Source of the DNA: Hypanus sabinus
Taxonomy: Eukaryota
Length of the DNA stretch: 64,000 bases
Reading direction: 5' to 3'
NCBI RefSeq assembly: GCF_030144855.1
Contig: NC_082736.1
Span: forward strand, 7,254,001-7,318,000
Part shown: positions 63,801-64,000 of the stretch, in pieces
Layout of the letters: the number at the start of each line of letters is the position of its first letter
Position numbering within the stretch: the stretch's first letter is position 1
Position numbers and translations under genes: made by a program
The notes under the pieces: model-generated
Seen by the model: only the letters and a program-made list of their open reading frames with translations
What the model was told of the DNA's origin: nothing
Database searches by the model: none

Positions 63801-64000
63801 TCGGTCTGGGGTCTCAGTACCACCGACCTGGCGGGCTGCTGTCTCTGGTTTGTCATCCCAGGGGTATCCAAAGGAGTGTACTTGTTGCTGAGGGTCACGG
63901 CCACAGGGAGACATTACTCTGTCTGTCTCGTCCCCTTTCCGTCGTGATGGTCACACAACAGTCTGCATCCTGACCTCAGGTGTGACCAACTCATGAATCT
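60840..64000 (-). repeat. Right arm of inverted segmental duplication (partner 37943-42001), runs off the window end
   Basis: Collinear reverse-complement match with several large indels. Confidence 0.93.

Overview
Vertebrate genomic DNA, most likely a cartilaginous fish (ray or shark). That is inferred from the CR1/Penelope/Rex repeat landscape and the H1 sequence. The window holds one intact copy of each replication-dependent histone gene, in two blocks: H4>H3><H1 at 18-21 kb and H2B>H2A> at 56-58 kb. All five have a 3' stem-loop and a U7 downstream element. There is one decaying tRNA-Asp(GTC) and a 128-N assembly gap. Most of the remainder is nested, degraded TEs: CR1, Rex1/Babar, an L1-like 3' end, Tc1, three hATs, two related solo LTRs, and many Penelope-like termini carrying minimal hammerhead ribozymes. 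Two inverted segmental duplications bracket the two histone blocks. The non-TE DNA is not featureless. It contains an orphan CpG promoter with strong splice signals (41.3 to 40.1 kb) and a long, phase-compatible, stop-ridden minus-strand gene relic (55.8 to 43.3 kb). By eye this relic is collinear with soluble adenylyl cyclase (ADCY10). That assignment is my leading hypothesis only; it rests on a recalled protein sequence and needs a frameshift-aware search. Percent identities given below are eyeball estimates.
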